From: Geosiphon pyriformis uo1
Lineage: Eukaryota > Fungi > Glomeromycota
Assembly: GCA_016748015.1 (NCBI GenBank)
Contig: JAAOMT010000503.1
Coordinates: 583,669 to 647,668, forward strand
Reading direction: 5' to 3'
Length of the DNA stretch: 64,000 nt
Part shown: positions 36,648 to 49,239 of the stretch, piece after piece
Position numbering within the stretch: the stretch's first letter is position 1
How the letters are laid out: each line of letters begins with the position of its first letter
The notes under the pieces: model-generated
Seen by the model: only the letters and a program-made list of their open reading frames with translations
Databases searched by the model: none
Told to the model about the DNA's origin: nothing
Translations under genes and position numbers: made by a program

Positions 36648-39600
36648 TTATATTTTTGGGTTGAAATGTTTTTGGATTTGTCTTATTTGTAACAATCTGT
36701 CAGCATTTCCATTGTCTTTTTCTTTTTTATAATATACTGTATAATTAAATGGTGAAAGTTCTATTTTTCATCTGGTATAGTAATTGTCTACAAATTTTTG
36801 TTTCTGGATTGAAGTCAATCCCTTGTGATCTGTATATATTTCAAACTTTTGGCTCAAATATTTTCTCTATTTCATGACTGCCCAATAGATTGCTAGATAT
36901 TCCAGTGCTGGTGTTTCATAGTTCTTTTCAGCTGAACTTAAGCTTCTACTGGCATAAGCTACTAGATGTTTTTTTCCATCTGGTTCTTTCTGTAATAGTA
37001 CTGCTCCCAATGCTTAACCTGATGCATCCGTAGTAATGATGAATAGTTTGCTGTGGTCTGGATACATCAACACTAGAGCTTGAATAAGCTTTCTTCTCAA
37101 TGTGTTGAATGCTTTTTGTTGAGCTTCAGTCCATTCATACTTTACATTCTTGGTTTGTAGATGATAAAGCGGCTGGGCTAGTTTAGAAAAATCCTTGATG
37201 AAGCAGTGATAATAGCCTGTGAATCCCAAAAATGCCCTTAGTTCTGGCAAGTTTGTTGGTACTGGAAAGTTCTTTACTATTGCAATCTTATCTGAATCCA
37301 TTTTGATACCATTTTTGCTCACCACATGTCCCAAAAACTTAAGCTCAGTTTTGCCAAAAAAGCATTTGTTGGCATTTAGTTTCAATCCTGTTCGTTTGAG
37401 TCTTTCAAATACTTGTTGGAGATGATGTAGATGGTCATCAAATGTCTTAGAAAATACATTTGTGTTGTCTAAGTATATGACTACTGATTTTCATAGTAAT
37501 CCAGTATAGACAATTTCTATGAGTTGTTGGAATGTTGCTGGAGCATTCATCAAGTCAAATGGCATGACTTCAAATTTGAAATTTCCTTCTCTTGTTGTGA
37601 ATACAGTCTTTTCTTTGTTGGCTGAATTCATGGCTATTTGCCAGTAGCCACTATCTAAATCTAGTGTTGAGAACCATTTATTTCCTCCAAAGGCATCGAA
37701 CAGTTTTTGGATCTTTGGAGTTGGGTAGTTATCTCCTTTGGTTACTCCATTCAATTTCTGGTAATCTACACAAAAGCAAATTTTTCCATTTTTCTTCTGG
37801 ACTAATACCACTGGTAATGACTATAGACTTATTGATGACTGAATTAGCCCATTGTCAAGCATCCGATTGATTTCTTGATGAATGTTCTCATGGCTAGCTG
37901 GTGGTATTCTGTATGCTTTTTGCTTAATTGGCATTGTATCTCCAGTCTTGATCTAATGCTGGATGATGTTGATGCGGCCAAATTTATTTTCACTTACAAA
38001 GATGTTATTGAAATTGCTGAGTAACATTTTTAGTTGCATTTGTTGGAGTGAGTCTAGATTCCCCATGTTCATTTGTTCCAATTGTTTAGGTTAGAACAGA
38101 TAACATTTACTTCGTCTGTAAATGGTTTGTGATGTAATGTCTATATATTCACAAAGCTGTGGAAAGTCTGGAATGTGGTTTGGTGGTTGTTCTTCAACTT
38201 CAGTGGTCAAATATTCAATGATAATTCTCTTTAATATTTCAATGACATTTTCCATTGTGTTGTAGATGGGAATTTTTATATTTTTGGGGCTCTTGGCTGA
38301 TATGTAGAGATTAGTGAGTCCAATCTCTCCTGATTTACAAATAGTGGCTTCTGCTTCAAACAACTGAGCTTGATTCTTTATTTCTCTTTTTATGGCTAAC
38401 ATATACTGGTTATATGGTGGAATGGAAATTGTTTAATGGATTGAGATAATTTCTCCTTTGTTAATAATCTCTTTCTCCATCATATTAACTAGTATATTTA
38501 TTCTACCCATTGATCTAAATCCCTGTATTCCTCTAGCTGTGATCCCTAATTTTTCTCTGTTTTCTATTGACATTAGCTAAGCTACTTTCACCAAAGGTAG
38601 GAATATTGCCTGTGCTATCTTTTCATTTGGATCTATGGTATATGTTTTTTCTGAGTCATTTTGTAGCATAGCAATAATATTTCCTATGTATCCTGCGTTA
38701 ATTATTTCTTCCTCTGATGTTAATTCCCTTTTTTGCTAAACTACTCCTGAATGCTAATTGAACCATTGTTGTTGCTGGAATTTCCAGCACTATTTTCAGA
38801 TTGATGCAAGTGTGCAAGTGAGATTCCAATTTGATGAGATCTTTTCTTGGATATCTCAGATCAAATCTTGTATCAGTATTATGTGTGCATTCAGGCATAA
38901 TACCTTTATTATTTTTACTGAACCATTTCAGTTCTTGCTCCTTGGTAAGATCAGGAAAGGTGATATATGTTTTAGAGTTTGAATTGGGGTCCGAATCATT
39001 GTTATTTTTGTTGCTGTTTTGAGCAGAGCTAGAATCAGTGTTTTCATTGTCATTGTTGTCAGAGTTTGAATTGGGATTGAAAATTGATTCCGATTCTGAT
39101 GCACAATTGCTTATTGGTTTGTCTTCTTCTGGGATTGTGTAGATCATGCATGGTGGTGGATTGTAAATGAGGTTACACTCATTACAATACTTAAAGTCAT
39201 ATGGGATTAAACAGTAGTCACATAATTGGATGTTTATTTCTTTCAAGTGTTGTTTCTGTTCCTTTCTAGTGGATGCTAATTGTTGGTAATGTTTATGGAA
39301 TTCCTTTAGATTGTCCTCGATGTTGACAAAAATGTCAAAAGTTTGAACATATTCAGGTTCAAGAAGTAATAGAGAGTTGTTTTTGATTTCCAGTAGTTTA
39401 TTGGTTGTCGCACCTTCTGCTTTTGCATATGCCATTCTCCAGAGTTTGTGTTTGTTGTGAGGATATTTTTCTAATTGTCACAATGCTCTTTTCCAGGTGT
39501 CGTTAATTGGAGTGCCTTTGCATACCCAGTCATTGATTAGGATTGTATATTGGCACATTTCATCACATGTTCCTCCTCATCCAGGAATGTTGTTCCACAT

Positions 39601-42600
39601 TTCTTCATCTGGAAGAGTTTCTCCACAAGCTAAACATGATGTATTATCCCATTTTCCCACTCATTTTGGTCTTCCAAAACATTCAACAAGATATGTATGG
39701 CAATAAAACTTAGTTGCTGTCTGGTATTTTTTATTATTATTACAGCATGTGCCCATTGATGACAGTTTCTTGCCGCAATTGATGCATACTAGTTTGGGTT
39801 AGCGATAAGTAGACTGTTGTAATAGAGTGTAGGTGGCTGGAATATAAGTGTTGTTGGCTTGGGTAGTGTCTTTCTCTTTCCCTTTCTCTTTGTCTTTTCT
39901 TTTATCTTCTTTCTACTCCCAATTGGATGTTGGTTTGTTATTGTCGGTCCATGTCAGATTGTCAGTTTCCCAGATGAGTTTTTCTCTTTGTTTTCCTTTT
40001 TCTGGTTCATCCCATGATAGTATTGACAGTAGCTTATTGTGGTTTTCATTGGCCCAAGACACTTGATAGGCTTCCCAGGTAGGTTTCTTCTCTTTTTCTT
40101 CTAACTTGATAAGTGGTGTTGTTGGGGTGAAGATTTTGAAATGACCACACATAGTGGGTACTCATGTGTGTTGGCTGTTCTGGCTGAGCTGTAGTTCTTG
40201 TGTGTTCCAGTCAAGCACAGCATTTGTCTTGACTAACCAGTCATTACCAACTAATGCCTGGTACTGAATAGCTTCAATTACCAAAACTTTGATTGGTGTA
40301 ATAATACCATTTACTTCAAAGGAAAAATCATCAATCTCACCAATAAGAGTTTTGGTTGCTTCATCCATAGTGATGATTCATACACTGGCAGCTTGATCAA
40401 CTCGGTGACATAATTGGTCCATCAGTTGTCGCGTAATTATACTGCCAGCTGATTCACTGTTTAGGATCAATTTAATAGCATGGCCATCAACTTTCATGTT
40501 AGTATACATAGTGGTAATTGGTTTGGTGTCAAGAGCAGCTTCACTAAATAATGGGACTGGTGTAGTTTTCTCAAGTTCAAATAGGAAGATTGTTGTTAGT
40601 AATTTGTCATTGGTAACAGTGGCTGGAAGTATGTTGCTGGTGATTAGTTGTTTTTGGTTAGTTGCCGTGTTGTTGGGTAAGGTGTCTTTTGGGGTAACCA
40701 GAAGACTTAAATAGTGTTGTGCATTTAGGTTTTGGCCATATCCAGTGCCTGAATTCTGTTGTCAAGATCCTGATGGTAGGTTTATGGAACTGGAAATCAG
40801 TTGATAGACTATCATCGATGATCTCCAGCTCTGTTGTGGTAATCTCAGTCTTTAAGTTCCGTTTTGAGGTAAGTTATGTGGTGGTATCTAATTTTGTTGG
40901 AATGAATAATTTACCTGAAACTGCAGCTGATAAATGGGTTGGGACTGCAGTTGATAAATTGATGCTGAAGGCTGATAGATTGGAGGTGAGTATAATTGCT
41001 GCATCATTGGGGTTTGATATATTAGCTGCATCATAAATAGGTAATTTGGTTAATATAGAGCTGAGTTTGATTGATTACTGACATAATTCTGAGTTTGTAG
41101 TTAGTGATCAGAGTTTTGATACTAATTAGCTGATCTCTAGTCACTTATCTTTTTTCGACATTTAAATTGTAAATGTTTTTGTTTACCACAATAGTGGCAT
41201 GCACGCATTTCTTGTTGCCACTGTTGATTGGTCAAGGATGATGCTAGACGTGACTGATTTTGGAAGCGATTTCCATTTTCCTGATTGTTGCATCATTGGA
41301 GTGGTTAATAAATGGCTTGATTGGTGTTAGCTAAGTATCTCTCTAATTTTTGATTGATTGATTCACTGATTTTTTTTAATTTGGAATCCAGTTCAGATAA
41401 TCCATTCATTACTAGATTTACTGTGTGGGCATAGTTGGCTTCGAGTTCAGTAGCTTCAAAATTTCTGGCATTTATAATGGTGGCTTGAAGATCTACTGGA
41501 TGTATTGGGCGAATGTGTTAAAAGATGCTACTATACAGGCCTCTAATAAATTGATTCAGAATCTGTGGCACTGTGAAATAATCAGCCTGTATGGCCTGGA
41601 TTTGGCGCAAATTTTTGTAGAAGCATTCTAAGTAAGTGATAACTGCTTCATTTTCTTTTTGTTTGATGGTAGTGAAGGTGTTAACTAGGCAGTTGATACT
41701 ATTATTATTACTGAAATATCCCAGGAATGCAACTTTAAATTCCTGGAATGTTTGAGGTTTGGTGACTAAACTTTGATACCATGAGTTGGTGGTATCTTGC
41801 AGAAAATAGGAGATAGCTTGAAGTGCTTTCATGTTATTCTATTTGTTGGCCATGATGGCTTTTTCAACATCATTGAGCCAGATTTGGGTGTTATCTTTTT
41901 CACTAGTGAATTTCTCAAGTTTTATTATTGGAGCGTAGGCCATTGGATCTAAGTTTGGTTGTTAAAGTTGTTGTTGTGGCTGTTGAAGTGGCTGCTGAGG
42001 TTGTTGAAGAGGTTGAATCAGTTCAATAATTGGTTCAATTAGTGGCTGATTAATGATAATTATTGGAGATAAGTTTGGCTGATTAATTGATTCGGGATTT
42101 GGATTGTTTTAATTTTGCAGTGTCTAAATATTTGGAGTTTCAATTTCTGGATTTTCTAAATCTAAATGTTGCTGAGCTTGGAGATTCAGGGTTTCAATTG
42201 TTGAATTTTCTGGGATCAGGTTTTGGTAAGTAAATTCTTGATTCTTAGATTCTTTTTCTTGCTCTTCTTCTGATTCTATTATTTTCTATGGATCAGAGAT
42301 TCCAAAATCTGGTGGCAGTAGCAGTGATCAAAGTCCTGATGGTATTGGCGATTGTGAATTAAATTCCTCGAAGTATTCACCATATGGTTCTAGTAGGTTT
42401 GTTTTCCTTTGTTTACTTTGAAATGCAAATTGTCCAAATGTTAAGATTGTGTTTGATGTGGATGCGTCTGCTGATGTGATATTGATGATGCTTCCAAGAG
42501 TATAATAATATGATGGATTTGTGAGTACTTTAACTCTGTGTTTTTTTCAAGTGAGTGGTTGGATCCATTGAAGTGTTATTGCTGGTGTTTGTAGTTTTCC

Positions 42601-42924
42601 TTTGTTTTTGCTTACATAGGTGATTAAGTATCTTTGTTGTATGTGATGTTTAATTTCTTTGTTAATCTCAATAATGATGAATGCGAAATTATGATTTGTT
42701 GGTAAGCTGGTGTTTTGGATTAATTCATAGTAAAAGGTTTCTCTTGCTGATTTAGTGTTTACTGGTGTTCCTAACAAATAGGCAATTCTTTTGTTGACAT
42801 AGAAATTGAAGGCTGATTCTGCTGATATATGATTTTGGTTTAATCCCAAGTGTTGACAGTAGTGTTGAAATAAGGATTTTGTGAATCCTAAATGGTTTGC
42901 TCCTATACTTTCTGATTCTGTCAC
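36648..42924 (-). pseudogene. Element C gag-pol (dUTPase ~38500-38930)
   Basis: GTG 42924; ESAFNFYVN; PR region; DTRFDL/FRSSLA; FCVDYQKLN; TTDASG. Confidence 0.92.
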
Positions 42925-42984
42925 TGTTGATTTATTTGTTGGTGCTGGTTCTTTGTAGGATTATACCTCACAGGGAGCACTAAA

Positions 42985-43818
42985 TATTACAGATGATTAT
43001 TTGGGGTCTCAAGTCAAATAACAAATCTGTAACTTGGTGCTTAGTTGGTACTTGGGTGTTGATATCTGAAGGTTTTGTTGTGGAGTTCTTTGTATAATAA
43101 ACAGAGATTCAATTATTGTCTTTTTCGTAACCTTTCAGAATTGCAATTTCATTGAATTTCTTTCTCAGTATGGTGGCCAGTAATTTTGGCAGAGATGCTC
43201 TTCTGGTAAGCTATCCTTAAATTTTCAATTCCTATACCCTTCTTTTGGGGTCTTTTACCAGGCTATCTTTGACATTAATAACTTAGTGCTTAATTCTTTA
43301 ATCAATTAGTAAAACAAAGAAATGAAAACATAAAAGAAATAAAAGAAAATAAAGAAATAAACAAAAGCAATTGCAAGTTAGTATTCCATTAATAGCCATG
43401 ATCAAAAGCTATTGTTCCAGCATGATTAAGTATTAATTACTATCAACATAAAATGTTGATAGTGGAGAGTGGTTTTGGATGGTAAATAGTTATTTATTTA
43501 ATATTTTTGAATAGAAGGTTGCTTAGATCAAATCTAAACTGAGAGGTCTGTTCTTTTTTACTTCTAATGCTATCACTATATATACATAATTGATGTTCTA
43601 CAAGATCATTCACATTTCTGAGTAATGTGCTATGATTTCTTGAGCAATGCTTACATTGCTGAATGATGTGCTCTAATTTTTAACATCACTCTACATTGCT
43701 GAGCAATGTGCCATGATTTCTGACATTGCTTCACATTGCTGAGCAATATGCTTACGTGCTAAATACTATTTTTTCATTGGTCTGCTATTTTCTATATCTG
43801 TTTTTTTTATAAGTAACA
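42985..43818 (-). repeat. Element C 5' LTR (834 bp)
   Basis: Adjacent to the PBS at 42966-42982; ends AAGTAACA. Confidence 0.92.
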
Positions 43819-44410
43819 GTGTCTACTTGAAGAGTACACTCTGGTCTGACTCATTCTTCCTTGGATATCTTGTAGTTGTTGTTTACTTGTATCTCTAACA
43901 TTTTGGTTAATACTGCTTTATGTAAGGGCTTTGTCTTCAGAAATTGGTTTCATGAATCTGTTTCCATTTTTACAAACTCCAAAATAGTGGGTCAAAATAT
44001 TGTAGCCTTTGTGTACGAGTTCAGTTTTGCATTTTGGAAAAACATCTAGTTGGTTTGTGTCAAGCACCACATATTTATGGAAAAAAATAGGCTTATTCTG
44101 TGTGATGGATCTGTTTTTTTTCCAACTTCTGGGCTTTCTTTGGTGCTTTCAATTGGTATGGCTGGGTTATTGGGTATTTTTGAGACATTTGGTGTTGGTT
44201 TCAGGCTTCGTAAGCCCTGTTTATTCTTCTTAGGTATAGGTGATGTGGTTTCTGTTTATATAGATGTTTAGTGTTATTTTGATTGGTCTGAGTGGCTGGT
44301 TATGTGTAGAAAGTACATGATTCATATCTAGTTTAGATCATTTATATGATGTATAGTGCTAGGTAGTGTTTGAACTTCACTCATTAATAAATAAATAAAT
44401 AAATAAAAAA
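43819..44410 (+). mobile_element. LINE A, right part: ORF2 C-terminus (stop 44269-44271), 3' UTR and (TAAA)n/A tail
   Basis: Frame resumes across the C insertion (..NIHA|STWRVHSG..NTALCKGFVF..VSVYIDV*); 3' UTR homologous to LINE J; tail taataaataaataaataaataaaaaa at 44385-44410. Confidence 0.92.
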
Positions 44411-44766
44411 TTTGAAATTTAATTATTAAAATTTATTTATTTTTGGTTATTTTAAGTTTAAAAATCTTAATAAACCAAAAAAATAATTTTTAATTAAGAT
44501 TATTTTTAAATTATTAAAATTTTAATTTTTTGTTTTATTTTGTTTTGTTTTATTTTATTTTATTAATTATTAAAAAAATATTGTTTATAAAACAAGTAAT
44601 AATCTAAATATTTAAAAGTATAAAAACATATTATTAAAAGAATATTTATAAAAACCACAAAAAAAAAATTATTAAAAGTATAAAAATATAATAAAAATTT
44701 TTTTGTTAAATACATATAATAAAAAAATTAATTATAACAATTTTGTTATTAATAATTTATAGTAAT
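44411..44766. other. Extremely AT-rich low-complexity spacer (continues at 47070-~47250)
   Basis: Almost no G/C; no recognisable TE homology. Confidence 0.8.
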
Positions 44767-47069
44767 TTTTTATTTTATTAAAGTTTAATGAATAAGACCC
44801 AAAAGCTACCTAGAACAATATATCAAAGAATCAATTTAAACTAGGTGTTAATCATGCATTTTCTACATGTGACCAGCCATTCGGACCAGTCAAAAACACA
44901 CTATATTGATGCTACAGAAGAAAACTTACCCAAAGATGACATCTTTTAAATAATAGAAAACAAAGTTGCACTGCAAGAAACCAAACTAACTAGCCACTTA
45001 GCAGTTTTAAAGAAATCAGTTTTAACATCAACAGACTTATGCTTCCAAAAAGACATTAAGTTAGAAAACACCTCATCACCCACAGCAGGCAGAAGCTCTG
45101 AATCACCAGACATATTAATGTTCTTCATGCAGTATTCTTTTTTCAAAGAAACCACTTTCTTCCCCAACTTACTAATAGTTCTACTAAAGGAACCCATATG
45201 CACCAAAACTTCATTGACTCTAAAACCAAGAGCATTACTTGAAACCAAATCATCATTAATAAACTGTTCAAAAATTGTAACCAGAGAGCCAATAGGCTTA
45301 ACAATAGACTCAATCAAAGCAGAAAGCTTAGTCAAATCAGATTTCAAAGAGAACAGTCAGAATAGCACCAAAAGATTACCAACAACAACTGGAGAAAAAA
45401 CAAGAGATGACAAAGGTAGAAATCCAGAGAAGCCCAAAGAAGCAAAAGTCTTGGCATAAAACTTAGGACCAACAAAGCATGGTGTAAATACCTTGGAAAA
45501 CTTGGAAGGGGAAGATGAAGAAATCTTACAGTCTGCAGCCAGATGGCCCAGTTCTTGACACTTAAAACAATGCTGACAACCAAGAGTTTTTCACCAAATA
45601 TAGCATTTTCTTAATGTATCAGTTTTGACAATAGCAGAGTTCAAATCAGCTTGGGAGCCAAATATGACCAAAGCAAATTGGAAACAACAACCAGACTCAA
45701 GAGAACAAGAGATAAAACATGTTCGATCACCAACTTAAGAAATCATATTACTAATTTTAAAAGCTGTGCATCCAGAAAAAAGATTGACCAACTTGGCCTT
45801 AAACTTATCATGAGACAAAATAGTCTTATTTTGATTCACCAGAGAAAAGATTCCAACACTATCCTTGCCTACCAAAACTAACCAATGATTCAAAGCAAAC
45901 ACAGCAGAGTCCAACTTTTCAAAATAAACTACTACATATTGCCAAATGCCAACAGACTTCAGCACAACACAAGTAACACTACCAAACACACTGAGAGCCA
46001 TCTTAATGTCAGCAGCAGACACACCCAAGGGCACATCATACAGCACAACAGCAGCAAAAGGAGAACCAGACTCAGAAATTACCAAAGACTTGGCAATTTT
46101 GAGGGTGGCCAAATGTACAGAGCTTGTAAGCTCAATCAAGAATACAGCTTCCAAAGACACTTGAGAAGCAAACTCTATATAAAACAGTTTCACATTGTCT
46201 TTTAATACTGACTTTACATCCAAAAAACCATGTACTGACTGAAAAACAGCTTTAACATGAGCCAATTTGATCTTAAAAATAGCACCAGACACCAGAGTGA
46301 AGACCACCCACTCAGCAAATCTTTAATAACTAGTAATAGTTTTCCAAGCACCATCAGAAGTAGCACCAGAAACTAGAGGAAGAAATAATTCAGTTTCCAT
46401 TTGATCAGCTCAGTTTTTAAGAACAGATGACCCAACAGAAGAAGATTGTTTTGATTTTAAAACTGGTGATAATCTACTGGAAGACACCACATTTGGCAAC
46501 ACAGCCAGTAGTTAATCTTGGTCTATCTTGGATAACATGCCAAATAATGCTATGGAGATTTTATCTAAGATCTTATTGGAAACCACAAAGGGGTTTGATG
46601 TAACAATAGTAGAAACAAGCAACTGCCTCCACTTTTCTGAACTTTTGGTTTTTTTGATCATTTTTTTTGAAGAGGAGGTGCTAGTAGCATCAGATGTAGA
46701 AATTATAGAAGGAAAGACCAGCTTGTTAACTGATCTATTATTAAACACTTTTGAGCTCTTAGTAGGGGTGGAGGCAACACTGGGGCTAACCCAAGTGTGT
46801 CTCTTTGAGGGAACTTTGACTGATGAAAAACCAGCCAAAGATGAGAAAGTTGCTTCAATGGCTACCAAAGGCAGCTTATCACGATTACTGAATAAAGGAA
46901 AGGCTTCTAAAACGTTTTGCCTAGTTGCTTCTACAACAGAGAGGGCTCCTTTGGTTGAAATTTTATTAGATATCTCAGAACAGATATCAGATGCAGTATT
47001 TTTATTCTTTGCTCTAATCATGGTCATAAAATTAAGGAGACAAAGAGTTTTTTAATAATTTTAATAATT
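44767..47069 (-). mobile_element. Element I: ORF1-only non-LTR retroposon (HAL1-like)
   Basis: Single frame 47027-44901 followed directly by a LINE-type 3' UTR and A-rich tail; TSD TTTATAGTAAT at 44756-44766 and 47070-47080; no APE or RT. Confidence 0.82.
44901..47027 (-). pseudogene. Element I ORF (~708 codons): ORF1/Gag-like with Ser/Thr-rich N-terminus, RRM-like domain, CCHC knuckle and helical C-terminus
   Basis: ORF pieces 46512-47027, 45735-46307 and 44946-45347 and CFKCQELGHLAADC (~45569) are all in one frame; AVVLYDVPLG..FGSV..GIWQY..LVGKDSV aligns to LINE ORF1 VVIKKIPMN..FGKI..GMWQK..LIGKDSV. Confidence 0.85.
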
Positions 47070-47249
47070 TTTATAGTAATAATCTATTAATTAAAATATT
47101 ATTTAATTAAAAAACTATCTGTATTTTGTTAAGAGTTAATAAAATTTACCAAAAAAAAGTTTAAATTATTAAATAATTTATTAATACTAATAGACAAGAA
47201 TTATTAATTAAAATTTTAATAAAAATTAAAATAAATACCCAAATTTATC

Positions 47250-49239
47250 AAAAATAATTTGTTTTAAAACTTTTTTTTCTCTTATTCTCTAATAATTTCT
47301 TAAAGAGCATTTTTTTCAATTAAAAAGTTTTTTGTTTTTTGTTATTTCTTGTAAATATTTCTCAATCAAATAATCCTTGTAGTAAATCTGGCTGCTGCTT
47401 CAGGTAGTGTTATGTCCAAGAAAAAAGTGCTCAAGAGAGTTCTTCATGGTCCTATTGGAGATTCTTTTTTTCAAAAAAAAAAGGTTTCTGTTGATAATGT
47501 CAAGCATTCTGGGAATGAAAAGAATATCTTTTTAGTTAAATCTGATCCTGATAGTGGTGTATATTCGGATATGGACAGTATGTCTGGAGATAGTAATAAT
47601 GAGGATGTTTTTCTTGGTATTGACAATAATTCTCTTTTTGGTTCAGTGGCAAACATTTCTAAAGCTAAAAAAGTTAATATTGGCCTGGTTTGTGGCTCCT
47701 TTTTTGGCTTAATTGATTATGGCATGAATAAAAATAATGGGTCTTTTCCTCTTTCTCATAAAATTTTTCTTGACAGAAAGTGGGTTGACCTGAAAATTAA
47801 TCAAAACTCAAGTTGAAGTATCTATTAATAAGTCTTTTGCTCTTGATATTAATCTTAGTACTGTGAAAGGGAAATCAGCAACAGCAAAAACTTAATTCAT
47901 CAGAAAAATTTTTTCTTCAGTCAATGGTTTTGGGGGGGCCACTACTCTTTTAAAATTTAAGAGAATTATCCGATTAATGTTTACTTCTGAGAAAAGCATG
48001 ATTAAGGCTGTATTATTGACCAGAAAAAAAGGGATCAACATGAACAGTGATATTAAAAAACAAGAAATGAGGTCAGATTGGGCTGTAGTAATCAAGAAAA
48101 TTTTTATGGATACATCTAAAAACATGATCATTGCTGCAGTATCCAAATTTGGGAAAATTAAGTTAATCAAGATTCAATTAATTGAAATGTGGCAAAAAAC
48201 TGTGGTGAAATTTGCCAAATTGGGACAGACAGAGCAATTAGCATCGAGATGGTTATTTCTTATTGAAAAAAACTCAGTATATGTGATTATGACCATAAAA
48301 AATCAGGATACTTGAATGTCTAGGAATTGCTTTAGGATGCTTTTGTTTACTTTGCTGGTGGGAACAACTATGTATGATCTTGGTACTCTTTTGAAAGAAG
48401 CTGGTGGGAAAACTTGTGTAATCAATTGTTCACTGGAGACCAACAATCAGACTTGTTACACCATTATTGATTTTGAATCTGAAAATGAGCTTGAATCTGC
48501 ATTTTGTACTGAGCTGATTTTTGGTGGCATAAGACTTTCTTGGACTAGGTTGGACTTGGTTTGGTGTGAAAAGTGTGAGAAGTTTGGATATTCAGCTTTG
48601 AAATGTGATGCTTCTGACACTTTGGTGTCTGTTCTTTCTAAGAAAAATTTTAAAAAGAATGCTTTTGATGTGAGTTATCTTTAGTTGGCCAAATTGTATG
48701 TCAAGAAAAATGTTCTTATCTCTTGTCCTGCTGCTTTTGGTGGCAAGTTATGGGCTTAAGTAGTCTCTTTTGTATTTTTTTCTAGTGGTCTTTAGTTTGA
48801 TTCTGGTTCTGGTTCTGGTTTTTTTTCTTCAAGTGTCTCAGGTTTTGGTGGTGGCTCTTCTCTTGTCTTGACCAATAATTCATCTTTAAATGCTTATTTA
48901 GCTTCTTTAAAATGTTCTTTAAAGCTTTTGAGTGATCAGGTTTCTGGCATTGTATGCAAGATTAGTGGCATAGAATTGGTGCTTTTGGTCTCCCATCTTT
49001 CTTTTAATCATTCAGTTGTCCCAATAAATGTCAACTTGGATTTGAATTTGGATATGGTTTTGAATGGTTTTGTGGTAGTGCCAACACCTCCCTCTGTTGT
49101 TCCAGCTCTGGGCCTTAGTAGTTTAAGAATTTTAATAACTAAAATGAGCTGTTTGAAGTCCAAGTTGGTGGCTCTTGAAGCCTTAATCAGTTTAGTTTTG
49201 ACAAAGTTAGATTATTTGTGTGCTAACTTGGGTTCTTAG
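47250..49239 (+). mobile_element. LINE H: 5' UTR and decayed ORF1 (47412-49239), cut by element G; remainder outside the window
   Basis: Homologous to the J 5' UTR and ORF1 (MSKKK.., RRM-like region, CEKCEKFGYSALKC knuckle, ..LDYLCANLGS). Confidence 0.88.

Larger units (their letters stand above)
2882..43818 (-). mobile_element. Ty3/Gypsy LTR retrotransposon C (outermost; contains D, B, E, F)
   Basis: 5' LTR 42985-43818; 3' LTR split 2882-3186 + 13667-14197; TG...CA ends; PBS and PPT present; decayed TSD GCAT/GTGT; order PR-RT-RH-IN. Confidence 0.9.

Noticed and set aside
49236-49239. TSD of element G (TTAG)
   Set aside because: The other end is outside the window, so it cannot be confirmed and was excluded from the target-site tally
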